Shown here one piece after another: positions 37,067 to 50,474 of a stretch of 64,000 nt of DNA (its first letter is position 1; the number at the start of each line of letters is the position of its first letter). This DNA is from Mobula hypostoma (taxonomy: Eukaryota): the NCBI RefSeq assembly GCF_963921235.1, contig NC_086108.1:67272001-67336000 (forward strand). The letters run 5' to 3'. A model generated the notes under the pieces. That model was given only the letters and a program-made list of their open reading frames with translations. It did not search any database and was not told where the DNA came from. The position numbers and the translations under genes were made by a program.

Positions 37067-39304
37067 ACAATTACAAGATCAAATTCAAGAGATCAACTAA
37101 TCACTCAAATGCTGATGGATTGTCTCATTTACCGTTGGAAATGGAAATACCTGAAAAATTTACAAAAGTGCACATTCCTCTTGATGTATTCTCTCTAATG
37201 CAAATCAAGAGTCTTCCTCTTATAGCAGAGACGATCCAAAAGGAAACTAGAAAGGACCCCACGCTATCTCAGGTTACACAGCAACACGAAATGGCTGGAA
37301 TGTGTAACTAAAAGTCCAGCTCCCCCATTTTTACCGGTGCTGAGATGAACTTGCCCTTGACAGAGGTTGCCTTATGTGGGGATTGAGAGTTGTACCAACT
37401 ACACTGAGAGCAAAAGTGCTGGAGAAGCTACATGACGGTCATCTAGACATGTCAAAATGAAGGCATGGGTTTGAAACATTGTCTAGTGGCCTGGGATGGG
37501 TTAACAGATCGAGCAGCTTGTCATGCACTGTTCAAGATACTAACGTCTGGAAAATACTGTGTACAGAGTTGTGTCCACTTCCTGCAGTCCCAGTGTCAAT
37601 TCCTACCGGCACCATGGAGGAGGCCCCATAACCTGAGATTGTTTCACAGCCACAAGTCTCACCTGCCAAATAGAGTAACCCCTTGTCAGGAAAGATGTTA
37701 TTCCACAAGAATAAGAAATCCTTTACAGCTATTGAATCTTTAGGCCTGAATGAGTTAATTTAAAATTGACTACACTGTGGATGTCTATAGAGTAGTTGTA
37801 TTATATTGTATACTGTGTTTTTAGTTGAGATGCATTCTATATTGAGCTGGAATTTATAGCTAAGCAGAAAAGAGTGTTGTATATTTAATATTTCAGTAAT
37901 TCAGCAATATTTGAGTAATATTGTAAATATATTGTTTGATTGAGCATTCTTGTTAATTTAAATAATTCATTTTGGATTACATGTAAAAGTATGTGAAAGG
38001 CACACATCATCAAGCCACCACATCATATGTGCACATCTCACTGAAAGCAAAAACAAAACTAAGACACACATTTCTGGCTTCATGTTTCCTTTCAATCAGT
38101 TTAATGTTTTGGAGTTACAGAACATACAATCAGCACTCACCCTCGCTGATCTGCTAGCCCAACATCCGACCATGGATGTCCTTTGTCCCACATTCTTATC
38201 ACTGGCCTTTGAGCACAGAGTGGAGACCTAGATTCCAGTCTGACCTCCAATTTAGATTCCAGTCTGCTCTCCAACATCCTTGTCCTTAAATCCTAATCTG
38301 ACTCCTAGCTCTTCTCCCTGTTCCCAAAACCATACCTATGGATTAAGAAACAACTAAATCAATTAAACCACAAACTCGATGGAGTCTGCATCCAGACATC
38401 ATCTTGAGTGAAAGATTGAAACCTGGAGGTTGATCAGAACTCCAGAAGTCAAAGCCCAATAGCGGAGTTCTGAGCCGAACAATGTTTTGTTGTTAAGATT
38501 TGTTGCTGTGTTATTCCGTTGAGAATTGTGCTAGTTGGCTCCAGAATATATGGTGACACTTCTGGTCTGCTCCCAGTTGTGTAATTGTTAATGCAAACAA
38601 CATATTTCACTGTATATTTCAATTTTCATGTAATAAATAAATGAATCTGAATCTAAACTTCACATAAATAAATTGGCATGATTCCTACTGCACTGAATTT
38701 ACTTTTGCTCCCCTCCAAAGCTGGGTTTGAAAGGATTTTGACAAGGCCCAAAGGAAGACCTCAGTAATCATTTTTGAGATGTCCAAGATGTTTACATCAT
38801 TGAAAGTACTTACTTAGATTTTAGGTCAGTTTGAGAGGGGCATTTAAAATAATGAGGATACTAGTCAGTTCTTATATTGCAGATATAGACCATGGATCAT
38901 GCAAGTACATCACACAAGGGCATAACTAGGTTAGAAATTAAGAGGTCCATTTTCCCCTGATTTTTGTAGACCACCTTGAAATGAAGTGATTTAAAGGTGT
39001 GTGAAAAATCACTGTTCATAGAAATTACAGAAAGTATGAAGCTTAGTCAATATTATCTCTCGGGGTAGTTTTATCCAAAAGCTATGGAGAGTTACTTTTT
39101 TGTTGTTTCTTCACCTCTACATTGACTGTGTTTTCTTCTAATCTGCTTTTCCCAGGAGATTTTATCAATCTCATAAGTACTTTCAGATTTCCTGAAGTGT
39201 CTCAGAATGTCAAATAATGCCCTGGATAAATTAAAGCATCTTTTAAATGAAAGTAAAAATATCATAAAATTAGACCATAGTGGAAAATGTCAGAGATGAA
39301 GAGA

Positions 39305-40050
39305 TGTTACTCAGTTACTCCATCAGTACAGGTGCACCACAAGGCTACGTGCTTAGACCCCTGCTCTAATCATTTTATTCTTAAGACTGTGTGGCTAAGC
39401 ACCACTCCAATGCCAAGTTCAAGTTTGCTGACGACACCACTGTTGTAGGCTGAATCAAAGGTGGTGATGAATCAGCATATAGGAGGGAGATTGAAAATTA
39501 GCCTGAGTGGAATCATACCAACAACCTCTTACTCAATGTCAAGGAGCTGATTATAGGCTCCAGGAGAAGGAAAACAGAGGTCCATGAGCCAATTCTCATC
39601 GGAGGATCAGCAGTGGAGAAGATTAACAACTTTAATTTCATAGGTGTTATTATTTCAGAGGACCTTGTCCTGGACCTAGCGCAGAAGTGCAATTAGAAAG
39701 AAAGCACAGCCGTGCCTCTACTTCCTTAAGAATTTGCAAAGATTTGGTATGACATCTAAAACTTAGGCAAACTTCCATAGATGTGAAGTGGACAGTATAT
39801 TGACCGGCAGCATCACAGTCTGGTAGGGGAGGTCCTTGAATGGAAAATCCTACAAAAAGAAATAGCTATGCTTCAGTCCATCATGGGTAAAGCCCTCCCC
39901 ACCATAGAGCACATTTACATGAAAGGCAGCTGAAGGAAAGCAGCATCCATCATCAGGGACCACCACCACCCAGGTCATGCTCTCTTGCTACTGCCATGAG
40001 GAAGAAGGTACAGGAGCCTCACACTGTCAGCTGATACCATGCCAGTATGT
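39305..40050 (+). mobile_element. Rex1/Babar RT fragment
   Basis: AGTACAGGTGCACCACAAGGC (STGAPQG) and AAGTTTGCTGACGACACCACTGTTGTAGGC (KFADDTTVVG). Confidence 0.85.
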
Positions 40051-40114
40051 AAATTTTCATCCAGATGTATCACTGTGCACATTGCCCAATTATATATTAT
40101 ATTTTTATTTGTGC

Positions 40115-40930
40115 AAATGCTTGAAATCCAGAGTAGCGCACAAAATGCTGGAGGAATTAAGGTCAGGCAACATCTAAGGACAGGAATTAACAGTTGACAT
40201 TTCAGGCTGAGACAGTTGCTCAGGATTGGAAAGCAGGAGGAGGCCTCAATAAGAAGGTGGAGGGAGAGGAGGAAGTACAAGCTGACAGGTGAAGCCAGGT
40301 GAGGGGGGAGTAGCTATCTGGGAGGGGGATAAAGTGAGAAGCTGGGAGGTGATAGGTGGAAAAGGTAAAGGGCTAAATAAGAAGGAGCTTGATAAAGAGA
40401 GGAGAGTAGACCATGAACAAAAGGGAAGGAGGAAGGGCACCAGAGAGAGGTGATAGGCAGGTGAGGAAAATAGAAAAGATAAGAGGGTAACCAAAATGTA
40501 GAACAGAAAAAGAGAGACGTGTGAGGGGCAAGAAATTACCATATGTAAGAGGAATTGATGTTCATGCTATTAGGTTGGAGGCTACCCAGCAGAATATGAG
40601 ATGTAGCACTTTCAGCCTGAAAGTGACCTAATCATCGCAGTAAAGGAGGCCAAGGACCAAATGTTGGAATGGTAGTGGGCAGTGGAATTAAAATGATTGG
40701 CCACTGGGACATCCTGCCTGTTGCATACAGAGTGAAGGCACTCGTCAAAGCGGACCCCAGTCTACGTTGGATCTCACCAGAGTTCACACTGGGAGCACCG
40801 GGATACAGTAAGTGACCCCACCAGACGCAGATGAAGTGTTGCCTCACCAGAGAGTACAGCTAAGGACCCTAACTGGTGGTGAGGGACGAGGTGAATGGGC
40901 AGGTGCATCCCCTTGTACTGCTTGCAGCGA
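40115..40930 (-). mobile_element. Older Penelope-like element 3' portion
   Basis: CAAAATGCTGGAGGAA terminus, purine-rich repeat body and antisense GIY-YIG remnant (ORF 40632-40847). Confidence 0.8.
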
Positions 40931-41799
40931 TTTAAATTTGTTGAACCTTAGGTTCTCAGTATTAATTGTTTAGAATTTGCTTGTCTAAAAACAAATAGGT
41001 TCAACATATTTAATAATATCTGGAAACATTCAGACCAAGAAACATCTCCACTTGTAAGCTATTACGAAAAAATTGTCTAATTTCCCTCCAGGCGGTGTCA
41101 ATACCCTAAGAGACAGACCTTATCCTGAGCAAGCATTCAAGCATTGTCAGGTGATTGATAGCTGCAATTGTACCCTTTAACATACTTGAGATCTTTTAAG
41201 CATCAGTTCTTTTTAACCGGCATCTAACCTCCCTATATATACAGTGCGTAACTTAGAATGTGTTCCCAGGACAGGAGAATATGAATGGCCAACTGGGCAA
41301 ATACAGTTTTTGCTGTACATACTTCTCAACAGAGTGGATTTCAGAGCCTTAAGCACAAAAAAAAACTTTTTTTTTTGTAATTGGAGCTCAAACTTACCAA
41401 AAAAAATAAAGCTTGTATAGCTTTGCAATTACTACATTACAATTTAACTCAAGTAACTTAAAAATACAACTTGGATCCTGTACATCGTTTCATGTCCACA
41501 TTATGTTCCAAAGGACTTCTCAGCTCTATGGGTTTAAGGATCTGATTATATACTGTTTGAGCCTCTGATTCAACGGGTCAAGAGTTCTGGGAATTTAGGT
41601 GCCTGATGGTCAGTGTGAACAGTGGGAAGGAATTTTTTTAAGAGGAGGAGTTTGATGCACAGCCACTTTTATGAACTGCCACTGCAGACTGTGTATAACC
41701 TTCTTGGTGGTTTAATCACTGGACAGAGGAGACCACAATCTGACAAGTTCATCTTCAGCCTTCCTCTATTCATATAACAAAACAAGACCAAAGAAATGG

Positions 41800-42110
41800 A
41801 GCAACATAGAGATGCAGCCTGTGCAGCAGCTGCCCCAAAGTTTCAGCAACCTGGGTTCAATCCAGATCTTGGTCCGTGTAGACTTAGCTCCAGGTTCTCC
41901 AGTTTCCTCCTACAATTCAAAGAAGTGAGGGTTATTAGTTTAATTAGTCACTCTAAATTGCTCCTGAAGTATGGGTAAGTGATAGAATTTGGAGGAAGCT
42001 GATGATGAGAATGTTGAGAGAATAGGGTAAAACTAGCATAGAATTAGTGTAGATGGATGCCTAATGGTTGGTGTAGATGAGGGATGGGGGATTCAGAGCC
42101 TGTTCTCTCT
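41800..42110 (+). mobile_element. tRNA-derived V-SINE (HE1-like), diverged
   Basis: B-box-like CCTGGGTTCAATCC followed by a V-domain-like CTCCAGTTTCCTCCTACAATTCAAAGA..TTAATTAGTCACTCTAAATTGC. Confidence 0.7.
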
Positions 42111-44074
42111 GTAACTGTAACTACATGGTGCAGTGGTACATATTAAACTTATTGACCATTTAATGAGACATAATTTAAGATTTTTATTTTTTTCTATGAA
42201 TTTCACTTTCAAAACTACATTGGAAATCCATGTGGAACGGAATACAACGAACATAACAGCATTATTCTTAGTTTGTTTACAATCAGTACTTTAACTTTTC
42301 CCATCCATCCATAAAGCTTGACAGTCAAATAAAAGTTAAGAAATGCTGCTAGCTTCAAAAACGTGCATTAGAATATCCTCTGGAGATTTAGTTTAAAGGA
42401 GAATAAATCTGGTGATTCAGAAAAGGTGGCAGTCCACCTATTACTAATAGACTGTTTGTGAGTGAGGTCCAAATATACGGCAAACTGCAAAGCACACAAT
42501 CAAATTACAATGCTATTGGCTATGATGCTAAAAAAACTCTCAGTCCTAAATGTTTTTTATAAATTGTGTCAATCTTTGACACTTTGGCAGAAAGCAAGAA
42601 CGAGACCAAATTAACTACAACCAGATATCTTTGGTGAAGTTATTTATCCAGAGGGGAAAAAAAACACCTTTTGCATGTAGCAGAACTACAATAAATATAA
42701 TATTGTACAAATAATTCTTTTTCTAGCTTTTGACTTAGACTTCCATATTCTGGCAGGTGATCTAAGTAAGATTGTATAATCCTGGAAAGGTATCTGACTT
42801 TTCCTCCCAACTGAACTTTAAGGAAATAAATCCCAATTCGAGCTTGGTTCTATTAAAAACTGCTGTTAGCTGGAATTAATTTTAAGAATCTGAATAAAAT
42901 GTTCCAAAGCAAAAGTGATATTCAATTTAATTCCATGTCTTCCTAAATTTGATTCTTAGCTCAAAAAAGAACAGATGAAGACATGAAGCTTTTGTTTTAA
43001 GATGTATGGAAATGTTCTGTAATATAAATGCAAAAGCATGCCGATTTTGCAACCTCAGTTATGTCTTTACTTTCCTATACCTCAGTCTGGTTGCAAAGTA
43101 CAGACATTCTTTTGGCAATTGGGACAGTATGGCTGGGTGCAGTATTAGCAAGGAGTCTGAATGATCAAGAGTATTTCATAATCATCATGAAGAGAGACGC
43201 GGACAACTAAAAGTAACAATTGTTTTAAGGAAGGTAAATGCATAAGATTATAAGATTAATGGGCAAATAAAATATGGGAGGGGTATATGGGGTGTCCCAG
43301 AAGAAGTAGCAGGTCTCGTGAAGGGAGTTGTTGTGTCCATTCCAGGGCTCTCATCTGTGACTCCAAGTAGTTGTTTGCATGTGAGAGCAGACAGACCCCA
43401 GTACACCGCTTCAACAGGCAGGCTAAACCAGGTGAGAGTAGTGAGCGGCCTCAGACCCTAGTGAGATAGGGATATGCCTGCCTTAGCATGGTAAGACAGC
43501 TCTGGCAGACTGGGTGGATGAGATCAACATGAAGTCCAAATTAAAAACTGAGATCAGTGGCCAGAAAAGCGGCTCTGCAATGCTCTGTGGAGAACAAAGG
43601 GCATGAGGAGGTACAGAAGCAGTCATTGTCATCCATTCCAGCCAGGGAAGACCCCAGTTGTGATGACGACTAGTCCCACTGGACTCAGACTTCAAAGGTC
43701 AAGAGAGTGGAACTGCCCAGTGTAGTGGCTTTTCCATTTTCAAAAACTCTCCCGTATAGTCATCATCTGACAACTACGCAAATATGGAAAATTATTTAAT
43801 TCTACATTGTTCTACAGAAATTAGAAATGACTGGAAAAGTGTCTTTTCTTATGATAATTATTTTTAACAGGCACACAGATCCTTTTCACCCTTAAACTGT
43901 AAGTTTTGTCATCAGATTAACAGTCAGTTGATGCCACAATCATCAGGCCAAGGAGCCTGATACATCTTTCTGAATTACTCTGAAAGGAAGCTAAATTATT
44001 CAGTTGATTATAGCTGACAGTTTATTTCTGGGACCAAGGCATGAAAATCATTCACGGAAGTGAAAAGAAAGTCC

Positions 44075-44592
44075 ATGTCTATCCACGGCCTCCTCTACTG
44101 TAAAGATGAAGCCACACTCAGGTTGGAGGAACAACACCTTATATTCCGTCTGGGTAGCCTCCAACCTGATGGCATGAACATCGACTTCTCTAACTTCCGC
44201 TAATGCCCCACCCCCCCCCGTACCCCATCTGTTACTTATTTTTATACACACATTCTTTCTCTCACTCTCCTTTTTCTCCCTCTGTCCCTCTGAATATATC
44301 CCTTGCCCATCCTCTGGGTTCCCCCCCCCCGCCCGTCTTTCTTCCCGGACCTCCTGTCCCATGATCCTCTCGTATCCCTTTTGCCTATCACCTGTCCAGC
44401 TCTTGGCTCCATCCCTCCCCCTCCTGTCTTCTCCTATCATTTTGGATCTCCCCCTCCAACTTTCAAATCCCTTACTCACTCTTCCTTCAGTTAGTCCTGA
44501 CGAAGGGTCTCGGCCTGAAACATCGACTGCACCTCTTCCTAGAGATGCTGCCTGGCCTGCTGCGTTCACCAGCAACTTTGATGTGTGTTGCT
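44075..44592 (+). mobile_element. Young 5'-truncated Penelope-like insertion
   Basis: Closely matches 30466-30991; 9-bp TSD AGAAAGTCC (44066-44074, 44593-44601). Confidence 0.92.
44492..44529 (+). ncRNA. Hammerhead ribozyme motif (AUC triplet variant)
   Basis: TAGTC-CTGACGA-AGG-GTCTCGG-CCT-GAAA-C-ATC-GACTG; the ACGU palindrome is lost by a G>A change. Confidence 0.65.
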
Positions 44593-45513
44593 AGAAAGTC
44601 CCTTTTCCTTGCCATTATTCATAAAAGAAATTGAAAGTTTTAATACAGAATAGACCCAGAAATACCGGTTACTATTCATAATGGCTATTGCACAAGCTAC
44701 CTATGACTTAGTCTTTGACTGTCAACCTCTTGCAAAAAAAATCATACTGGCAGCTAAGTTGGAAAGTGTAAAGTTATTATCTTCCCAAATTGGGATTATT
44801 AATAATGTTTTGGAAGAAAAAGACAATCAATCAATTTGTTTCAGAATTCAGACATATCTTTCCTTCCATGGCATCTACTATACAAGGTGATCGTCTAATT
44901 ATTTTAATGTACAGTTTTAATTTGTAGGACTACCCCTATACTGTCTCACAGCCACTGTTTCAGAGGACCATGTTCCCAGTTTGTTTATCTTACATGTTTT
45001 AATGAGATGTATTAACATATTTTGTCACAGTCCCGACCGTTAATTCCCCATTTTCTCCTAACTCCCTTTGATGGCGGCACACCTGGTTTTCATCAAGACC
45101 TGCAGCATAATGCACCCCAGCTTTGCACCCACTAGTTGCCAGATTGTTGGTTTTGCCTGTGTGGTAATTAACGTTTCCCAGCCGCTTAGGACTGTGTGTT
45201 TTAAGTTTTGTTTCAGTACCAAGATTTATCTGTGAAACCCAGTCTCCCCGTGTCAAGACAAGTCTTTTAAGTTTTACTTCAGCACCGAGGTTTACCTGTG
45301 TAACTCCGTCCCTCCGTGCTAAGAAAAGTTTTGTCTGCCGCTTCCCTTTCTATGCTTCGTGTCAAGACCAGTTCTGCCTGTCTCCTGCCTTCCTGCACTC
45401 TCTCCTGTTTGCCGTTCAATGCTCACGCCCACGTCTACATCCTAACGCAACCTCCATGCCTGTGTCCTGCGCTTGGGTTTCCTCATTCGTTGCAACAGAA
45501 TGATCTGGCCACC

Positions 45514-46550
45514 ATGGACCCAGTGGACACGAATACCCTTCAGCAAGCCCTCGCCAGCCAGAGTTCCCTACTGGGACAGCATGACCAACTCCTCCGGGAG
45601 GTCATGGAGAGCCTCCATTCCCTGTCTGCTCACTTCACGCAGATCGGTGGCCAGGTGGACCACGTATCCACTCAGTTTACTCAATCCATTCCTAGAACTC
45701 TGTCTAACCAGCCCAGATAGGCCGTAGTGGCAATCCCCTACGTGTCAGCAACACCCCTGCCAAGAGAGCCTCACGTACCTGAACCGGAGCACTCACTACA
45801 CTGGAGTTTTGGGGAAGTGCCGGACCTTCCTTCTTCAGTGCTTCTTGGTGTTCACACAGCAGTCGTCCACGTACTCCACGGATAAGTCAAAGATTGCTTA
45901 TATCATGGGGTTGTTGCGGGGAAGTGCATTAGCGTGGGCCACAGCTGTTTGGGGTAACCAACTGGATATCAGCTCTTCTTTCGCCACCTTTATCGCAGAA
46001 ATGAGAAAAATCTTTGTCCACCCCGTCCGTGGTATAGATGCCGCCAAGCATCTACTTACTCTTCACCAGGTCTCATGCATGTTGCCGAGTATTCTGTGGA
46101 GTTCCGGATGTTAGTGGCCGACTCAGGGTGGAACGATGAGGCACTCCAAGGGGTATTTCAGAATGATCTCAGCGACATGGTGAAAGATGAGTTGGCAGCA
46201 AGAGATGACACCGACAGCTTGGATTCCTTGATCTCCCTAGCCACCAGGTTGGACAATCGCCTCCGAGAACACCATAGGGAAAGACTTGGACGTCCACCAC
46301 CTTTGGCAATTCCACAGCACTCATTACCACCTCCCGCCAGAACAAGCCTCTCTCCTCTTTCTGCTCCCAGAGTAGCTCCCAGCCTGGCCATTTCCACCGC
46401 CCCGGGAGAGGAACCCATGCAGCTGGGATGGAACCACCTTTCTCCCACAGAACGACTCCGGAGATTGAGAGTGGGTGAGTGTTTATATTGTAGCCAGTCC
46501 GGCCATTTTCTTGCTACCTGTCCCCTTTGGCAAAAAGACAAGGCACCAGT
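45514..46550 (+). pseudogene. gag of sushi-like element (stops/frameshifts)
   Basis: ORFs 45316-45720, 45809-46114 (KSKIAYIMGLLRGSALAWATAVW) and 46075-46677 ([21 protein letters not shown] knuckle). Confidence 0.88.
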
Positions 46551-47181
46551 AGGAAAAAGGACCCTGGTGAGCCAGACAACATTCCCTTACGTCCCCCGAT
46601 CCCGGGCCACTTTGCGTTACAACCAACAATCCCTCCCTCTGTCAGCGCTGAGGGAAACCTTTTGGATGAAGACTTAGCCTTCCAGGCCAGAATTCCTCCT
46701 GAGCTGTTGAGTGCCCCCCTGGGAGCCCGGGCATTGGACAGTAGACTACTGGCCCAAGTCATACACTACACACCACCCCTGTCTCTCCTTTTCTCCGGAA
46801 ACCATCGGGAACAGGGAGGATTCAATTTAATTTCCTCTCCTCAAGCTCCTATAATTCTTGGGTACCCCTGGTTAAGCCGTCATAACCCCCACATTGACTG
46901 GTCCACCGGAAGGATAGTCAGCTGGAGTTCGTTCTGTCACTCCACTTGTCTCCAATCAACCCTTTCCCCAGTGGAAGTCACCATAACCTTGTCTGCCTCC
47001 GAACCCCCCCGACTTATCCAAGGTTCCAGTAGAGTATCACGATCTGGGAGAAGTGTTTAGCAAACAAGGGGCTCTTTCCCTGCCTCCACACCACCCTTAC
47101 GATTGCGCAATTGACCTTCTCCTCGGAGACCCTCTACCCACCAGCCGGCTGTATAACCTGTCCTGACCAGAAAGAGAAGCA

Positions 47182-47784
47182 ATGGAGGCTTACCTAAATG
47201 ACTATCTCGTGGCTGGCATTATCCGACCCTCATCTTCCCCTGTAGGCGCAGGTTTCTTCTTTGTGGGGAAGAAAGACGGCTCACTGCACCCCTGCATTGA
47301 CTACCATGGCCTGAACAGCATCACCATAAAGAATAAGTATCCCCTGCCCCTTATCAACTCCGCTTTTGAGCCCCTTCACAGAGCCACAATTTTCTCTAAG
47401 TTGGATCTACAGAATGCCTATCACCTGGTCAGGATAAGGGAGGGAGATGAATGGAAAACAGCTTTTAACACCTCCCTCGGTCACTTTGAATATCTGGTCA
47501 TGCCATTCGGTCTCACCAATGCCCCCGCCATCTTCCAAGCCCTGGTATACGATGTCCTTAGGGACTTTAATAACTGTTTTGTTTTTGTTTATTTGGATGA
47601 CATCTTAATCTTCTCCCGCAGTCTTCAGGAACACACCCACCATGTCCATCAGGTTCTTCAGAGGCTTTTGGAGAACAAGATATTCGTTAAGGCAGAGAAG
47701 TGCGAGTTCCATGTCCATTCTGTCGGTTTACTGGGGTACATCATTGAGAGCGGGCAAGTGAGGATGGATCCCGAAAAGATCTAG
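47182..47784 (+). pseudogene. Reverse transcriptase of sushi-like element
   Basis: [67 protein letters not shown]. Confidence 0.95.
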
Positions 47785-48487
47785 GCAGCGGCGGAGTGGC
47801 CCAAACCCACGACGCTCAAACACCTCCAGGAATTTCTGGGGTTCGCAAACTTCTACCGTCACTTCATCAGGGATTACAGCCGGGTGTCAGCGCCCCTTAC
47901 TCAGCTCACCTCTCCTGCGAACCTTTTTCACTGGATCCCCGAAGTGGACTCAGCCTTCTCGGAGCTGAAGAGGCGTTTCACCTCCACTCCCATCCTGGCC
48001 CAACCTGACCCTCTCGCCAGTTCATTGTGGAAGTCGACGCCTCCGACTCTGGGATGGGAGTGGTCCTCTCTTAATGCTCTGTCCCAGACCAAAAGCTCCA
48101 TCCCTGTGCCTTCTTCTCTCGCCGTCTGAACCCCGCCGAACGGAACTACGATGTTGGTAACCAGAAGTTACTGGCTGTCAAACTCGCTGGGGGGATTTGA
48201 AAGGACAGACGGACCACAAGAACCTCACATACTTCTGAACCGCCAAATGCCTGAATTCCCGCCAAGCCCGTTGGGCATTATTTTTTGGCCTTTTCAGATT
48301 CACACTCACCTAAAGAGGCCCAACGGGCTCAATTTGACCCAGGCAAAGGACCCCCCGCAATCGCCTCTTCGTGCCTGACACTGTTCAGTCTCAGGTTCTT
48401 CAGTGGGGGCATACTTCTTGTTTCGCCTGCCATCCTGGAATCGATCGAACTTTGTCCCTTCTGAAGTAACATTTCTGGTGGCCCTCC

Positions 48488-49503
48488 ATGGATACTGACA
48501 CTCGCTCTTTTGTTTCTGCCTGTTCTGTGTGTGCCTGTGAAAAAGCCTCCCATCGACCACCTGCTGGGCTGTTTCATCCCCTACCTGTTCCTAGCTGCCC
48601 TTGCTCTCATATTGCTCTGGATTTCGTGACTGGACTACCCCCTTCACATGGGAACACTGCTGTACTCACCATGGTGGATCGTTGCTCCAAAGCCATGAAC
48701 TTCATTGCCCTTCCCAAACTCCCTACAGACCGTGAAACAGCCGACCTCCTTGTCCATCACGTCTTCCACCTTCATGGAATTCCCTCTGACATCATTTCTG
48801 ACCGAGGCCCCCAATTCATCTCTCAAGTCTGGAGATCCTTTCGTCAAGCCCTTGGATCCTCAGTAAGTCTGTCTTCCGGTTTCCATCCACAGACTAACGG
48901 TCAAATGGAACGAGCAAACCAAGATTTGGAAGCAGCACCACGCTGCATAACCGCCAACAACCTGTTATGCTGGAGCACCCATCTCACTTGGGCGGAGTAC
49001 GCCAACAACTTCCTGGTCAGCACCACCACCGGAATGTCTCCCTTTGAATGTTCCCTCGGTTACCAACCCTTCTGTTTCCTGCCCATGAAGATGACATTGT
49101 TGTGCCTTCAGTTCAGCCCCATCTCCGCCAGTGCCGCAAGATCTGGAAGGATGCACGCGCAGCCCTGCTCCGCTCAGCTGACCGCAATCGGAGGATTGCC
49201 AATCGCCATCAAATTCCTGCACCCAGTTATCGACCTCGGCAGAAGGTTTGGCACTCTTCAATAGACATACCCCTCAAGAATGAATCCAAGAAACTCACCC
49301 CTCGCTACCTCGGACCATTCAAAATTGAGAGCATCATCAACCCCTTGGTGGTCAGACTCAAACTGCCCAGACCCAAGCACTTTCATCCCACATTCCATGT
49401 CTCCCAATTGAAACCTGTGTCTGTCAGCTCTTTGTGCCCTCCTGCTGAATCTCCTCCACCCACCCGGGTCATTGACGACTACCCAGCTTACACCGTCTGG
49501 TGA
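48488..49503 (+). pseudogene. Integrase of sushi-like element (frameshifted)
   Basis: [39 protein letters not shown] motif ([23 protein letters not shown]). Confidence 0.92.
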
Positions 49504-50474
49504 ATACTGGATGTGTGCCGCTGAGGTAGGTGTCTCTAGTACCTGGTTGATTGGGAGGGATACGGACCCTTCCCTCATCCGAGATTTCCATCCAGACAAT
49601 CCGGACAAGCCTGGTGGTCCGCCTGGAGACTCCCGTTGAGGGGAGGCTACTCTCACGGTCCCAACTGTTAATTTCCCATTTTCTCCAAATCTCCTTTGAT
49701 GGCGACACACCTGGTTTTCATCAAGACCTGCAGCATAAGAACCCCGGCTTTTCACCCACTAGTTGCCAGAACGTTGGTTTTTGCCTGTGTGGTAATTAAC
49801 GTTTCCCGGCTGCTTAGGACTGTGTGTTCTAAGTTTTGCTTCAGTACCGAGATTTACCTGTGAAACCCGATCTCTTCATGTCAAGATAAGTTTTCTCAGT
49901 TCTGCTCCTGTTCCGAGATTTCCCTGTGAAACTCAGTCTCCCCGTGTCAAGATAAGTCTTTTAAGTTTTACTTCAGCACCGAGGTTTACCTATGTAACTC
50001 CATCCCTCCGTGCTAAGAAAAGTTTTGTCTGCTGCTTCCCTTTCTATGCTCCGTGTCAAGACCAGTTCCGCCTGTCTCCTGCCTTCCTGCACTTTCTCCT
50101 GTTTGCCGTTCAATTCTCATGCCCGCATCTACATCCTAACGCAACCTCCGTGCCTGTGTCCTGCAGCTGGGTTCGCCTCATCTGTTGCAACAATTTTGTT
50201 CAATGGCCAATAATTTAAACTTTCAACCATGTATCAAATTAATATCAAATGGATCTTTCTCTCTCTGAGGAAGACTGAAATAGCTGATGCTGAGATACAT
50301 ACTGGGATGCACTGGGACACATCATCAGAGGTGTAACCTGGGGTCATCGGGTGTTTCGGGTCTTTCAACATTAGACACTCTTGCCCAGGGGACCAGCCTG
50401 GGTTCATCAGGGCCTGGCTCGTGTCCCAGCAGCAACTGACGGTCCTGATGGCTCTTTTCTTTGCAGCCCCCAAT

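Larger units (their letters stand above)
33075..38128 (+). mobile_element. Decayed Gypsy LTR retrotransposon (Mag-like), integrase largely deleted
   Basis: LTRs ~33075-33304 and 37875-38128; PBS-like TGGCAATGAG; PPT AAGCAGAAAAGAG. Gag with KPMLIAECFRFHK and double Zn-knuckle (CYCGRGPH..C..CETC..GHI), protease MELDTAS, and RT/RNase H remnants (YDPHHPVKLTCD, FALITDH). Confidence 0.88.
45023..50192 (+). mobile_element. Near-full-length sushi/Tf1-type chromoviral Gypsy LTR retrotransposon (inactivated)
   Basis: LTRs 45023-45497 and 49651-50192, TSD ATTT, PPT GAGGGGAGG. PEG10/RTL1-like gag (MDPVD.., [21 protein letters not shown]), RT, RNase H, integrase and chromodomain remnant (YLVDWEGY). Confidence 0.95.

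Noticed and set aside
41092..41150. 59-nt candidate exon (CTAAT branch, TTTCCCTCCAG acceptor, CAG|GTGATT donor)
   Set aside because: Splice-like signals are common by chance; no recognisable peptide.
45514..46677. Domesticated PEG10/RTL-like gene
   Set aside because: Gag has stops and frameshifts and lies between two LTRs with a TSD, so it is an ordinary dead retrotransposon.
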